From the NCBI GenBank assembly GCA_965655095.1, contig OZ296651.1, positions 37,200,001-37,264,000 on the forward strand: 64,000 nucleotides of DNA. The letters are read 5' to 3'. Both the position numbers and the translations under genes were made by a program. This document shows positions 26,801 to 40,099 of the stretch, piece by piece (within the stretch, counting starts at the first letter, position 1; every line of letters starts with the position of its first letter). Origin of the DNA: Haplodiscus bocki. Its lineage: Eukaryota. The notes beneath the pieces were generated by a model. The model made no database searches. It had not been told where the DNA came from and was given only the letters and a program-made list of their open reading frames with translations.

Positions 26801-29800
26801 GGAGATAGAGATTCAAACATACATTTACTGCTATGGTTAGATTCCTTCGACAATCAATAACATTTCTGCCACACACTGCCAAGTTCTTACAAAATCTGGG
26901 CAAGCAAAATAGAAATGTCAAGGCGGAGATAAAGATTCAAACTTACATTCACTGCTAAGGTTGCATTACTTTGACAATCATTAATATTTCCGCCACCGAC
27001 TGCCATGTCTTTTCAAAAATTTGGGAAGAAGAATAGAAATGTCAACGCGGAGATAAAGATTCAAATTTACATTCACTGCTGTAGTTGGGTTCCCATGACA
27101 ACCACTAATTTTTCTGCCACGCACTGCCAAGTCTCTTAAAAATCTCGGCGAGAAAAACAGAAATGTTAAGGCGGAGATAAAGATTCAAACTTACATTCGC
27201 TGCTATTGTTTGCTTCCTTTGACAACCATTAATATTTCTGCCACGCACTGCCAAGTCTCTTAAAAATCTCGGCGAGAAAAACAGAAATGTTAAGGCGGAG
27301 ACAAAAATTCAAACTTACATTCACTGCTATGGTTGGATTGCTTTGACAATCAATAGTTTTTCCACCACACACTGCCAAGTGTTTTCGAACTCCTGGCAAG
27401 AAGAATAGAAATGTCAAGGCGGAGATAAAATTCAACTTTACATTCATTGCTATGGTTGGATTCCTTTGAAAATCATCAATTTTTCTGCCACAAACTGCCA
27501 AGTCTCTTCAAAATCGGAGCAAGAAAAACAGAAATGTTAAGAGGAAGATCAAGAATCAAACTTATATTCGCTGCTATGTTTGGATTCCTTTGACAACCAT
27601 TAGTATATTTCCACGCACTGCCAAGTCTTTTCAAAACACTGGCAATAAAAATAGAAATGTTCAGGCGGAGATAAAGATTCAAACTTACAATAACTGCTAT
27701 GGTTGGATTCCTTTGACAATCATTAATATCTCTGCTACGCACTGCCAAGTCTCTTCGAACTCTTGGCGGGGAAAAATAAAAGTTAAGACAGAGACAAAGA
27801 TTCAAACTTACATTCACTGCTATGGTTGGAGTCCTTTGACAACCATTAAAATTTCTGCCATGCACTGCCCAGTCTTTTGAAAATCTTGGCCGGAAAATTA
27901 GAAATGTTAAGATGAAGATAAAGAATCAAACATACATTCACTGCTATGGTTGGATTCCTTCAAGACTCATTATTTTTTCTTCCACGCACTGCCAAGTCTT
28001 TTCAAAATACTGGCAGGAAAAAAAGAAATGTTCAGGCGGAGATAAAGGTTCAAACTTACAATCACTGCGATGGTTGGATTCCTCTGACAATCATCAATTT
28101 CTCTGCCACGCACTGCCAAGTCTCTTCGAACACTTGGCAGGGAAAAAAATGTTAAAGCAGAGTTAAAGATTCAAACTTACATCCCCTGCTGTGGTTGGAT
28201 TCCTTTGAAAATCGTTAATAATTCTGCCACGCACTGCCAAGTCTTTTCAAAACCTAGGCCAGAAAAAAAGAAATGTCCATGAGGAGCTAAAGACTCAAAC
28301 TTACAATCATTGATTTGTTTGAATTCCTTTGACAATCATTAATTAATCTGTCACGCACTGCCAAGTCTTTTCAAAATGTTGGCCAGAAAGAAAGAAAACT
28401 TAAAGCAGAGATGAAGAGTCAAACTTTCATTCACTGCTGTGGTTGGATTCTTTCGACAATTTTTATTATCTCTGCCACGCACTGCCAGGTCTTCTCAAAA
28501 TCTTGGCAAGAAAAAAAGAAATGTTCGGGCGGCGATAAAGATCCAAACTTACATTCTTTGCTATGGTTGGATTCCTTTGACATTCATTGAAATTTCTGTC
28601 ACGCACTGCCAAGTCTTTTAAAAATCTTGGCAAGAAAACACAGAAATTTTCAGGCCGAGATAAATATTCAAACTTACATTCACTGCTATGGTTGGATTCT
28701 TTTCAAAATCATTGATAACTCTGCCACCCTCTGCTAAGTCTTTTCAAAATGTTGAAAAGAAAAACAGAAATGTCATGGCAGAGATAAACATTCAAACTTA
28801 CATTCACTGCTATGGTTGGATTTCTTTGACAATCCTTAAAATTTTCGCCACGCCCTGCCAAGTCTTTTCGAAATCTTGGCAGGAAAAATAGGAACGTTCA
28901 GGCGGAGATGAAGATTCAAACCTACATTTACTGCTATGTTTGGATTGCTTTGACAATCAATAATTTTCCTACCACGCACTGCCAAGTCTTTTCAAAACCT
29001 TGGCAAGAAAAAAAATGAAAAGGCAAAGATAAAGTTTCAATTTTACATTCACTGCTGTGGTTGTATTCTTTTGACAGTCTTTATTTTTTCTTCCCCGCAC
29101 TGCCAAGTCTTTTCATAAACTTGGCAACAGAAATAGAAACGTCAAGGAGGAGATAAAGATTCAAACTTACATTCACTGCTGCGGTTGGATTCCTTTGACA
29201 ATTCTTAATGTTTCTGCCACGCATTGCCCAGTCTTTTCAAAATATTGGCAATTAATATAGAAATGTCAATGCGGAGATAGAGATTCAAACATACATTTAC
29301 TGCTATGGTTAGATTCCTTCGACAATCAATAACATTTCTGCCACACACTGCCAAGTTCTTACAAAATCTGGGCAAGCAAAATAGAAATGTCAAGGCGGAG
29401 ATAAAGATTCAAACTTACATTCACTGCTAAGGTTGCATTACTTTGACAATCATTAATATTTCCGCCACCGACAGCCATGTCTTTTCAAAAATTTGGGAAG
29501 AAGAATAGAAATGTCAACGCGGAGATAAAGATTCAAACTTACTTTCACTGCTGTGGTTGGGTTCCCATGACAACCACTAATGTTTCTGCCACGCACTGCC
29601 AAGTCTCTTAAAAATCTCGGCAAGAAAAACAGAAATGTTAAGGCGGAGATAAAGATTCAAACTTACATTCGCTGCTATTGTTCGCTTCCTTTGACAACCA
29701 TTAATATTTCTGCCAAGCACTGCCCAGTCTTTTGAAAATCTCGGCAAGAAAAATAGAAATGTTGAGGCGGAGACAAAAATTCAAACTTACATTCATTGCT

Positions 29801-32800
29801 AATGTTGGATTGCTTTGACAATCAATAGTTTTTCCGCCACACACTGCCAAGTGTTTTCGAAATCCTGGCAAGAAGAATAGAAATGTCAAGGCGGAGATAA
29901 AATTCAATTTTACATTCGTTGCTATGGTTGGATTCCTTTGACAATCATTAATATCTCTGCTACGCACTGCCAAGTCTCTTCGAACTCTTGGCGGGGAAAA
30001 ATAAAAGTTAAGACAGAGACAAAGATTCAAACTTACATTCACTGCTATGGTTGGAGTCCTTTGACAATCATTAAAATTTCTGCCATGCACAGCCCAGTCT
30101 TTTGAAAATCTTGGCAGGAAAAATAGAATTGTTAAGATGAAGATAAAGAATCAAACATACATTCACTGCTATGGTTGGATTCCTTCAAGACTCATTATTT
30201 TTTCTTCCACGCAGTGCCAAGTGTTTTCAAAATAATGGCAGGAAAAAAAGAAATGATCAGGCGGAGATAAAGGTTCAAACTTACAATAACTGCCATGGAT
30301 GGATTCCTCTGACAATCATCAATTTCTCTGCCACGCACTGCCAAGTTTCTTCGAACTCTTGGCAGGGAAAAAAATGTTAAAGCATAGAGAAAGATTCAAA
30401 CTTACATCCCCTGCTGTGGTTGGATTCCTTTGAAAATCGTTAATAATTCTGCCACGCACTGCCAAGTCTTTTCAAAATCTTGGCAAGAAAAAAAGAAATG
30501 TTCAGGCGGCGATAAAGATCCAAACTTACATTCTTTGCTATGGTTGGATTCCTTTGACATTCATTAAAGTTTCTGTCACGCACTGCCAAGTCTTTTCAAA
30601 ATCTTGGCAAGAAAACACATAAATTTCAAGGCCGAGATAAATATTCAAACTTACATTCACTGCTATGGTTGGATTCCTTTCAAAATCATTGATAACTCTG
30701 CCACCCTCTGCTAAGTCTTTTCAAATGTTGGGAAGAAGAACAGAAATATCAAGGCGGATATAAAGATTCAGACTTACATTCACTGCTATGGTTGGATTCC
30801 TTTCAAAATCATTGATAACTCTGCCACCCTCTGCTAAGTCTTTTGAAATGTTGGGAAGAAAAACAGAAATGTCAAGGCGGAGATGAAGATTCAAACCTAC
30901 ATTCACTGCTATGGTTGAATTGCTTTGACGATCATTAATTTTTCTGCCACGCACTCCCAAGTCTTTTCAAAATCTTTGCAAGAAAAAAAGAAAGGTTAAG
31001 GCGGAGATAAAGATTCGAACTTACATTCTTTGCTATGGTTGGATTTTTTTGACATTCATTAAAGTTTCTGTCACGCACTTCCAAGTCTTGTCAAAAACTT
31101 GGCAGGAAAAGTAGAAATGTCATGATGAAAGTGAAGACTCAAACTTGCATTCGCTGCTATGGTTGGATTCCTTTGACAACCATTAACATTTCGGCCACGC
31201 ACTGCCAAGTCTTTTCAAAATATTGGCAAGAAAACAGAAATTTTAAGGTGGATATGAAGATTCAAACTTACCTTCACTGCTATGCTTGGATTGCTTTGAC
31301 AATGCTTATTAAATCAGCCACGCACTGCCCAGTCTTTTCAGAAAATTGGGAAGAAAAAAAGAAAAGTCAAGGCGGAGATAAAGATTCAAACTTACATTCA
31401 TTGCTGTGGTTGGATTCTTTCGACAATCATTAATACTTCTGCCACGCTTTGCCAAGTTTTTTCAAAATCTTGGCAAAAAAACACAGAAATTTCAAGGCAT
31501 ATATAAAGATTCAAACTTACATTTACTGCTGTGGTTGGATTCCATTGAAAACCTTTAATAATTCTGCCACGCACTGCCAAGACTTTTCAAAATCTTGGTT
31601 AAAAAATCAGAAATGTCAAGGCGGAGATAAAGATTCAAATTTACATTCACTGCTGTGGTTGGATTCCTTTGACAATCACTAAAATTTCTGCCACGTACTG
31701 CCAAGACTTTCCAAAAACTTGGCAGGAAATGTAGAAATGTCATGATGAAAATGAAGATTCAAAATTACATTTACTGCTGCGGTTGGATTCCATTGAATAC
31801 ATTAAAATTTCTGCCACGCACTGCCAAGACTTTTCAAAATCTAGGCAAAAAAAGAATGTTCAAGGCGGAGAAAAAGATTGAAACATACATTCACAGCTAT
31901 GGTTGGAGTCCTTTGAAAACCATTAATATTTCTGCCACGCACTGCCAAGTCTTTCCAAAATATTGGCAAGAAAAATAGAAAAATTAAGATGGATATGAAG
32001 ATTCAAACTTACATTCACTGCTATGCTTGGATTCCTTTAACAATCCTTAATAAATCTGCCACGCACTGCCAATTTTTTTCAAGATCTTGGCAAAAAAACA
32101 CAGAAATTTCAAAGCACATAAAAAGATTCAAACTTACATTTACTGCTCTGGTTGGATTCCATTGAAAACCTTTAAAATTTCTGCCACGCACTGCCAAGAT
32201 TTTTCAAAATCTTGGCTAAAAAATCAGAAATGTCAAGGCGGAGATAATGATTGAAACATACATTCACAGCTAAGGTTGGAGTCCTTTGACAACCATTAAT
32301 ATTTCTGCCACGCACTGCCAAGTCTTTTCAAAAATTTGGCAAGAAAATTAGAAATGTTACGGTGGATATGAAGATTCAAACTCACTTTCACTGCTATGCT
32401 TGGATTCCTTTGACAATCTTTAATAAATCTGCCACGCACTGCCCAGTCTCTTCAAAATATTGGCAATTAATATAGAAATGTCAATGCGGAGATAAAGATT
32501 TAAACTTACATTTACTGCTATGGTTAGATTCCTTCGACAATCAATAACATTTCTGCCACGCACTGCCCAGTCTTTTGAAATTCTCGGCAAGAAAAATAGA
32601 AATGTTGAGGCGGAGACAAAAATTCAAACTTACATTCACTGCTATGGTTGGATTGCTTTGACAATCAATAATTTTTCCGCCACACACTGCCAAGTGTTTT
32701 CGAAATCCTGGCAAGAAGAATAGAAATGTCAAGGCGGAGATAAAATTCAATTTTACACTCATTGCCATGGTTGGATTCCTTTGAAAATCATCAATTTTTC

Positions 32801-35800
32801 TGCCACAAATTGCCAGGTCTCTTCAAAATCGGAGCAAGAAAAACAGAAATGTTAAGAGGAAGATCATGAATCAAATTTATATTCGCTGCTATGTGTGGAT
32901 TCTTTTGACAACCATTAGTATTTTTTCCATGCACTGCCAAGCCTTTTCAAAACCTTGGCAATAGAAATAGAAATGTTCAGGCGGAGATAAAGATTCAAAC
33001 CTACAATAACTGCTATGGTTGGATTCCTTTGACAATCATTAATATCTCTGCTAAGCACTGCCAAGTCTCTTCGAACTCTAGGCGGGGAAAAACAAAAGTT
33101 AAGACAGATATAAAGATTCATACTTACATTCACTGCTATGGTTGGAGTCCTTTGACAACCATTAAAATTTCTGCCATGCACTGCCCAGTCTTTTGAAAAT
33201 CTTGGCAGGAAAAATAGAAAGGTTAAGATGAAGATAAAGAATCAAACATACATTCACTGCTATGGTTGGATTCCTTCAAGACTCATTATTTTTTCTTCCA
33301 CGCACTGTCAAGTCTTTTCAAAATACTGGCAGGAAAAAAAGGAATGTTCAGGCGGAGATAAAGGTTCAAACTTACAATCACTGCCATGGTTGGATTCCTC
33401 TGAAAATCATCAATTTCTCTGCCACGCACTGCCAAGTCTCTTCGAACTCTTGGCAGGGAAAAAAATGTTAAGGCAGAGATAAACATTCAAACTTACATCC
33501 CCCGTTGTGGTTGGATTCCTTTGAAAATCGTTAATAATTCTGCTGCGCACTGCCAAGTCTTTTCAAAGTCTTGGCAAGAAAAAAAATAAATGTCCAGGAG
33601 GAGATAAAGACTCAAACTTACAATGATTGATATGTTTGGATTCGTTTGACAATCATTAATTATTCTGTCACGCACTGCCAAGTCTTTTCAAAATGTTGGC
33701 AAGAAAGAAAGAATTATTAAAGCAGCGATAAAGAGTCAAACTTTCCTTCACTTCTGTGGTTGGATTCTTTTGACAATCTTTATTTTTTCTGCCACGCACT
33801 GCGAGGTCTTTTCAAAATCTTGGCAAGAAAAAAAGAAATGTTCAGGCGGCGATAAAGATCCAAACTTACATTCTTTGCTATGGTTGGATTCCTTTGACAT
33901 TCATTAAAATTTCTGTCACGCACTGCCAAGTCTTTTCAAAATCTTGGCAGGAATACACAGAAATTTCAAGGCCGAGATAAATATTCAAACTTACATTCAC
34001 TGCTATGGTTGGTTTCGTTTCAAAATCATTGATAATTCTGCCACCCTCTGCTAAGTCTTTTCAAAATCTTGGGAAGAAAAACAGAAATGTCAAGGCGGAG
34101 ATAAAGATTCGAACTTACATTGTTTGCTACGGTTGGATTTTTTTGACATTCATTAAAGTTTCTGTCACGCACTGCCAAGTCTTGTCAAAAAATTGGCAGG
34201 AAAAGTAGAAATGTCATGATGAAAATGAAGATTCAAACTTACATTCGCTGCTATGGTTGGATTTCTTTGACAACCATTAATATTTCTGCCACGCACTGCC
34301 AAGACTTTTCAAAATCTTGGCAAAAAAATTAGAAATGTCAAGGCGGAGATAAAGATTGAAGCATACGTTCACAGCTATGGTTGGAGTCCTTTGACAACCA
34401 TTAACATTTCTGCCACGCACTGCCATTTTTTTTCAAAATATTGGCAAGAAAAACAGAAATGTTAAGGTGGATATGAAGATTCAAACTTATTTTCACTGCT
34501 ATTCTTGGATTCCTTTGACAATGCTTAATAAATCTGCCAGGCACTGCCCAGTCTTTTCAGAAAATTGGGAAGAAAAAAAGAAAAGTCAAGGCGGAGATAA
34601 AGATTCAAACTTACATTCATTGCTGTGGTTGGATTCTTTCGACAGTCTTTAATGTTTCTGCCACGCACTGCCAAGTTTTTTCAGAATCTTGGCAAAAAAA
34701 CACAGAAATTTCAAGGCACAAATAAAGATTCAAACTTACATTTACTGCTGTGGTTGGATTCCATTGAAAACCTTCAATAATTCTGCCACGAACTGCCAAG
34801 ACTTTTCAAAATCTTGGTAAAAAAATCAGAAATGTCAAGACGGAGATGAAGATTCAAACTTACCTTCACTGCTATGGTTGGATTCCTTTGACAATCACTA
34901 AATTTTCTGCCACGTACTGCCAAGACTTTCCAAAAACTTGGCAGGAAAAGTAGAAAGGTCATGATGAAAATGAAGATTCAAAATTACATTTACTGCTGCG
35001 GTTGGATTCCATTGAAAACCTTTAATTTTTCTGCCACGCACTGCCAAGGCTTTTCAAAATCTTGGCAAAAAAGAATGTTCAAGGCGGAGATAAAGATTGA
35101 AACATACATTCACAGCTATGGTTGGAGTCCTTTGACAACCCTTAAAATTTCTGCCACGCACTGCCAAGTCTTTTCAAAATATTGGCAAGAAAAATAGAAA
35201 TGTTAAGGTGGATATGAAGATTCAAACTTACATTCACTGCTATGCTTGGATTCCTTTGACAATCCTTAATAAATCTACCACGCACTGCCTATTTTTTTCA
35301 AGATCTTGGCAAAAAAACAAAGAAATTTCAAAGCACATATAAGGATTCAAACTTACATTTACTGCTGTGGTTGGAATCCATTGAAAACCTTTAATATTTC
35401 TGCCACGCACTGCCAAGACTTTTCAAAATCTTGGCAAAAAAGAATGTTCAAGGCGGAGATAAAGATTGAAACATACATTCACAGCTATGGTTGGGGTCCT
35501 TTGACAACCATTAATATTTCTGCCACGCACAGCCAAGTCTTTTCAGAATATTGTCAAGAAAATTAGAAATGTTAAGGTGTATATGAAGATTCAAACTCAT
35601 ATTCACTGCTATGCTTGGATTCCTTTGAAAATCCTTAATAAATCTGCCACGCACTGCCCAGTCTTTTCAGAAAATGGGGAAGAAAAATAGAAAAGTCAAG
35701 GCGGAGATAAGGATTCAAACTTATATTCATTGCTGTGGTTGGATTCTTTCGACAATTTTTAATATTTCTGCTAAGCACTGCCAAGTTTTTTCAAAATTTT

Positions 35801-36464
35801 GGCAAAAAAACACAGAAATTTGAAGGCACATATAAAGATTCAAATTTACGTTTACTGCTGTGGTTGGATTCCATTGAAAACCTTTAATAATTCTGCCACG
35901 CACTGCCAAAACTTTTCAAAATCTTGGTAAAAAAATCAGAAATGTCAAGGCGGAGATAAAGATTCAAACTTACATTCACTGCTATGGTTGGATTCCTTTG
36001 ACAATCACTAAAATTTCTGCCACGTACTGCCAAGACTTTCCAAAAACTTGTTAGGAGAAGTAGAAATGTCATGATGAAAATAAAGATTCAAACTTACATT
36101 CGCTGCTATGGTTGGACTCCTTTGACAACCAATAATATTTCTGCCACGCACTGCCAAGTTTTTTCAAAATCTTGGCAAAAAAGAATGTTCAAGGCGGAGA
36201 TAAAAATTGAAACATACATTCACAGCTATGGTTGGAGTCCTTTGACAACCATTAATATTTCTGCCACGCACTGCCAAGTCTTTTCAAAATATTGGCAAGA
36301 AAAATAGAAATGTTAAGGTGGATATGAAGATTCAAACATACATTCACTGCTATGCTTGGATTCCTTTGACAATCCTTAATAAATTTGCCAGGCACTGCCA
36401 AGTTTTTTCAAAATCTTGGCAAAAAAACAAAGAAATTTCAAAGGACATATAGAGATTCAAACCT

Positions 36465-39400
36465 ACATTTACTGCTGTGGTTGGATTCCATTGGAAACCT
36501 TTAATATTTCTGCCACGCAGTGCCAAGACTTTTCAAAATCTTGGCAAAAAAGAATGTTCAAGGCGGAGATAAAAATTGAAACATACATTCACAGCTATGG
36601 TTGGAGTCCTTTGACAAGCATTAATACTTCTGCCACGCACTGCCAAGTCTTTTCAAAATACTGGCAAGAAAAATAGAAATGTTAAGGTGGATATGAAGAT
36701 TCAAACTTACATTCACTGCTATGCTTGGATTCCTTTGACAATCCTTAATAAATCTGCCACGCACTGCCCAGTCTTTTCAGAAAATTGGGGACAAAAATAG
36801 AAAAGTCAAGGCGGAGATAAAGATTCAAACTTACATTTACTGCTGTGGTTGGATTCCATTGAAAACCTTCAATATTTCTGCCACGCACTGCCAAGATTTT
36901 TCAAAACCTTGGCAAAAAAAATCAGAAATGTCAAGGCGGAGATAAAGATTGAAACATACATTCACAGCTATGGTTGGAGTCCTTTGACAAGCGTTAATAC
37001 TTCTGCCACGCACTGCCAAGTCTTTTCAAAATACTGGCAAGAAAAATAGAAATGTTAAGGCAGAGATAAAGATTCAAACTTACATTCACTGCTGTGGTTG
37101 GGTTTCTTTTGACAGTCTTTATCATTTCCTCCACGCACTGCCAAGTCTTTTCAAAATACTGGCAAGAAAAATAGAAATGTTCAGGCGGAGATAAAGGTTC
37201 AAACTTACAATCACTGCCACGGTTGGATTCCTTTGACAAATATTAATTTCTCTGCCACGCATTGCCAAGTCTCTTCGAAATCTTGGCAGGGAAAAAATAA
37301 ATGTTGAGGCAGAGATAAAGATTCAAACTTACATCCCGTGCTGTGGTTGGATTCTTTTGAAAATCGTTTTTATTTCTGCCACGCACTGCCAAGTCTTTTC
37401 AAATTCTTGGCAAGAAAAATAGAAATGTCCAGGCGGAGATAAAGTTTCAAAATTCCAATCTTTTCTATGGTTGGATTCCTTTGACAATCATTAATTATAC
37501 TGTCACGCACAGCCAAGTCTTTTCAAAATATTCGCAAGAAAATTAGAAATGTTAAGGTGTATATGAAGATTCAAACTCATATTCACTGCTATGCTTGGAT
37601 TCCTTTGACAATCCTTAATAAATCTGCCACGCACTGCCCAGTCTTTTCAGAAAATGGGGAAGAAAAATAGAAAAGTCAAGGCGGAGATAAGGATTCAAAC
37701 TTATATTCATTGCTGTGGTTGGATTCTTTCGACAATCTTTAATATTTCTGCTACGCACTGCCAAGTTTTTTCAAAATTTTGGCAAAAAAACACAGAAATT
37801 TGAAGGCACATATAAAGATTCAAATTTACGTTTACTGCTGTGGTTGGATTCCATTGAAAACCTTTAATAACTCTGCCAGGCACTGCCAAGACTTTTCAAA
37901 ATCTTGGTAAAAAAATCAGAAATGTCAAGGCGGAGATAAAGATTCAAACTTACATTCACTGCTATGGTTGGATTCGTTTGACAATCACTGAAATTTCTGC
38001 CACGTACTGCCAAGACTTTCCAAAAACTTGGCAGGAAAAGTAGAAATGTCATGATGAAAATAAAGATTCAAACTTACATTTACTGCTGTGGTTGGATTCC
38101 ATTGGAAACCTTTAATATTTCTGCCACGCACTGCCAAGACTTGTCAAAATCTTGGCAAAAAAGAATGTTCAAGGCGGAGATAAAGATTGAAACATACATT
38201 CACAGCTATGGTTGGAGTCCTTTGACAAGCATTAATACTTCTGCCACGCACTGCCAAGTCTTTTCAAAATACTGGCAAGAAAAATAGAAATGTTAAGGTG
38301 GATATGAAGATTCAAACTTACATTCACTGCTATGCTTGGATTCCTTTGACAATCCTTAATAAATCTGCCACGCACTGCCCAGTCTTTTCAGAAAATTGGG
38401 GACAAAAATAGAAAAGTCAAGGCGGAGATAAAGATTCAAACTTACATTTACTGCTGTGGTTGGATTCCATTGAAAACCTTCAATATTTCTGCCACGCACT
38501 GCCAAGATTTTTCAAAACCTTGGCAAAAAAAATCAGAAATGTCAAGGCGGAGATAAAGATTGAAACATACATTCACAGCTATGGTTGGAGTCCTTTGACA
38601 AGCGTTAATACTTCTGCCACGCACTGCCAAGTCTTTTCAAAATACTGGCAAGAAAAATAGAAATGTTAAGGCAGAGATAAAGATTCAAACTTACATTCAC
38701 TGCTGTGGTTGGGTTTCTTTTGACAGTCTTTATCATTTCCTCCACGCACTGCCAAGTCTTTTCAAAATACTGGCAAGAAAAATAGAAATGTTCAGGCGGA
38801 GATAAAGGTTCAAACTTACAATCACTGCCACGGTTGGATTCCTTTGACAAATATTAATTTCTCTGCCACGCATTGCCAAGTCTCTTCGAAATCTTGGCAG
38901 GGAAAAAATAAATGTTGAGGCAGAGATAAAGATTCAAACTTACATCCCGTGCTGTGGTTGGATTCTTTTGAAAATCGTTTTTATTTCTGCCACGCACTGC
39001 CAAGTCTTTTCAAATTCTTGGCAAGAAAAATAGAAATGTCCAGGCGGAGATAAAGTTTCAAAATTCCAATCTTTTCTATGGTTGGATTCCTTTGACAATC
39101 ATTAATTATACTGTCACGCACAGCCAAGTCTTTTCAAAATATTCGCAAGAAAATTAGAAATGTTAAGGTGTATATGAAGATTCAAACTCATATTCACTGC
39201 TATGCTTGGATTCCTTTGACAATCCTTAATAAATCTGCCACGCACTGCCCAGTCTTTTCAGAAAATGGGGAAGAAAAATAGAAAAGTCAAGGCGGAGATA
39301 AGGATTCAAACTTATATTCATTGCTGTGGTTGGATTCTTTCGACAATCTTTAATATTTCTGCTACGCACTGCCAAGTTTTTCAAAATTTTGGCAAAAAAA

Positions 39401-39690
39401 CACAGAAATTTGAAGGCACATATAAAGATTCAAATTTACGTTTACTGCTGTGGTTGGATTCCATTGAAAACCTTTAATAACTCTGCCAGGCACTGCCAAG
39501 ACTTTTCAAAATCTTGGTAAAAAAATCAGAAATGTCAAGGCGGAGATAAAGATTCAAACTTACATTCACTGCTATGGTTGGATTCGTTTGACAATCACTG
39601 AAATTTCTGCCACGTACTGCCAAGACTTTCCAAAAACTTGGCAGGAAAAGTAGAAATGTCATGATGAAAATAAAGATTCAAACTTACATT
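36465..39690 (+). repeat. Higher-order duplication, 13 monomers (~1611 bp) x2
   Basis: ORF pairs 36837/38448, 36849/38460 and 36994/38605 (offset 1611) and 37864/39474 (offset 1610). Confidence 0.9.
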
Positions 39691-40099
39691 CGCTGCTATG
39701 GTTGGACTCCTTTGACAACCAATAATATTTCTGCCACGCACTGCCAAGTTTTTTCAAAATCTTGGCAAAAAAACAAAGAAATTTCAAAGCACATATAAAG
39801 ATTCAAACTTACATTTACTGCTGTGGTTGGATTCCATTGGAAACCTTTAATATTTCTGCCACGCACTGCCAAGACTTGTCAAAATCTTGGCAAAAAAGAA
39901 TGTTCAAGGCGGAGATAAAGATTGAAACATACATTCACAGCTATGGTTGGAGTCCTTTGACAACCATTAATATTTCTGCCACGCACTGCCAAGTCTTTTC
40001 AAAATATTGGCAATAAAAATAGAAATGTTAAGGTGGATATGAAGATTCAAACATACATTCACTGCTATGCTTGGATTCCTTTGACAATCCTTAATAACT

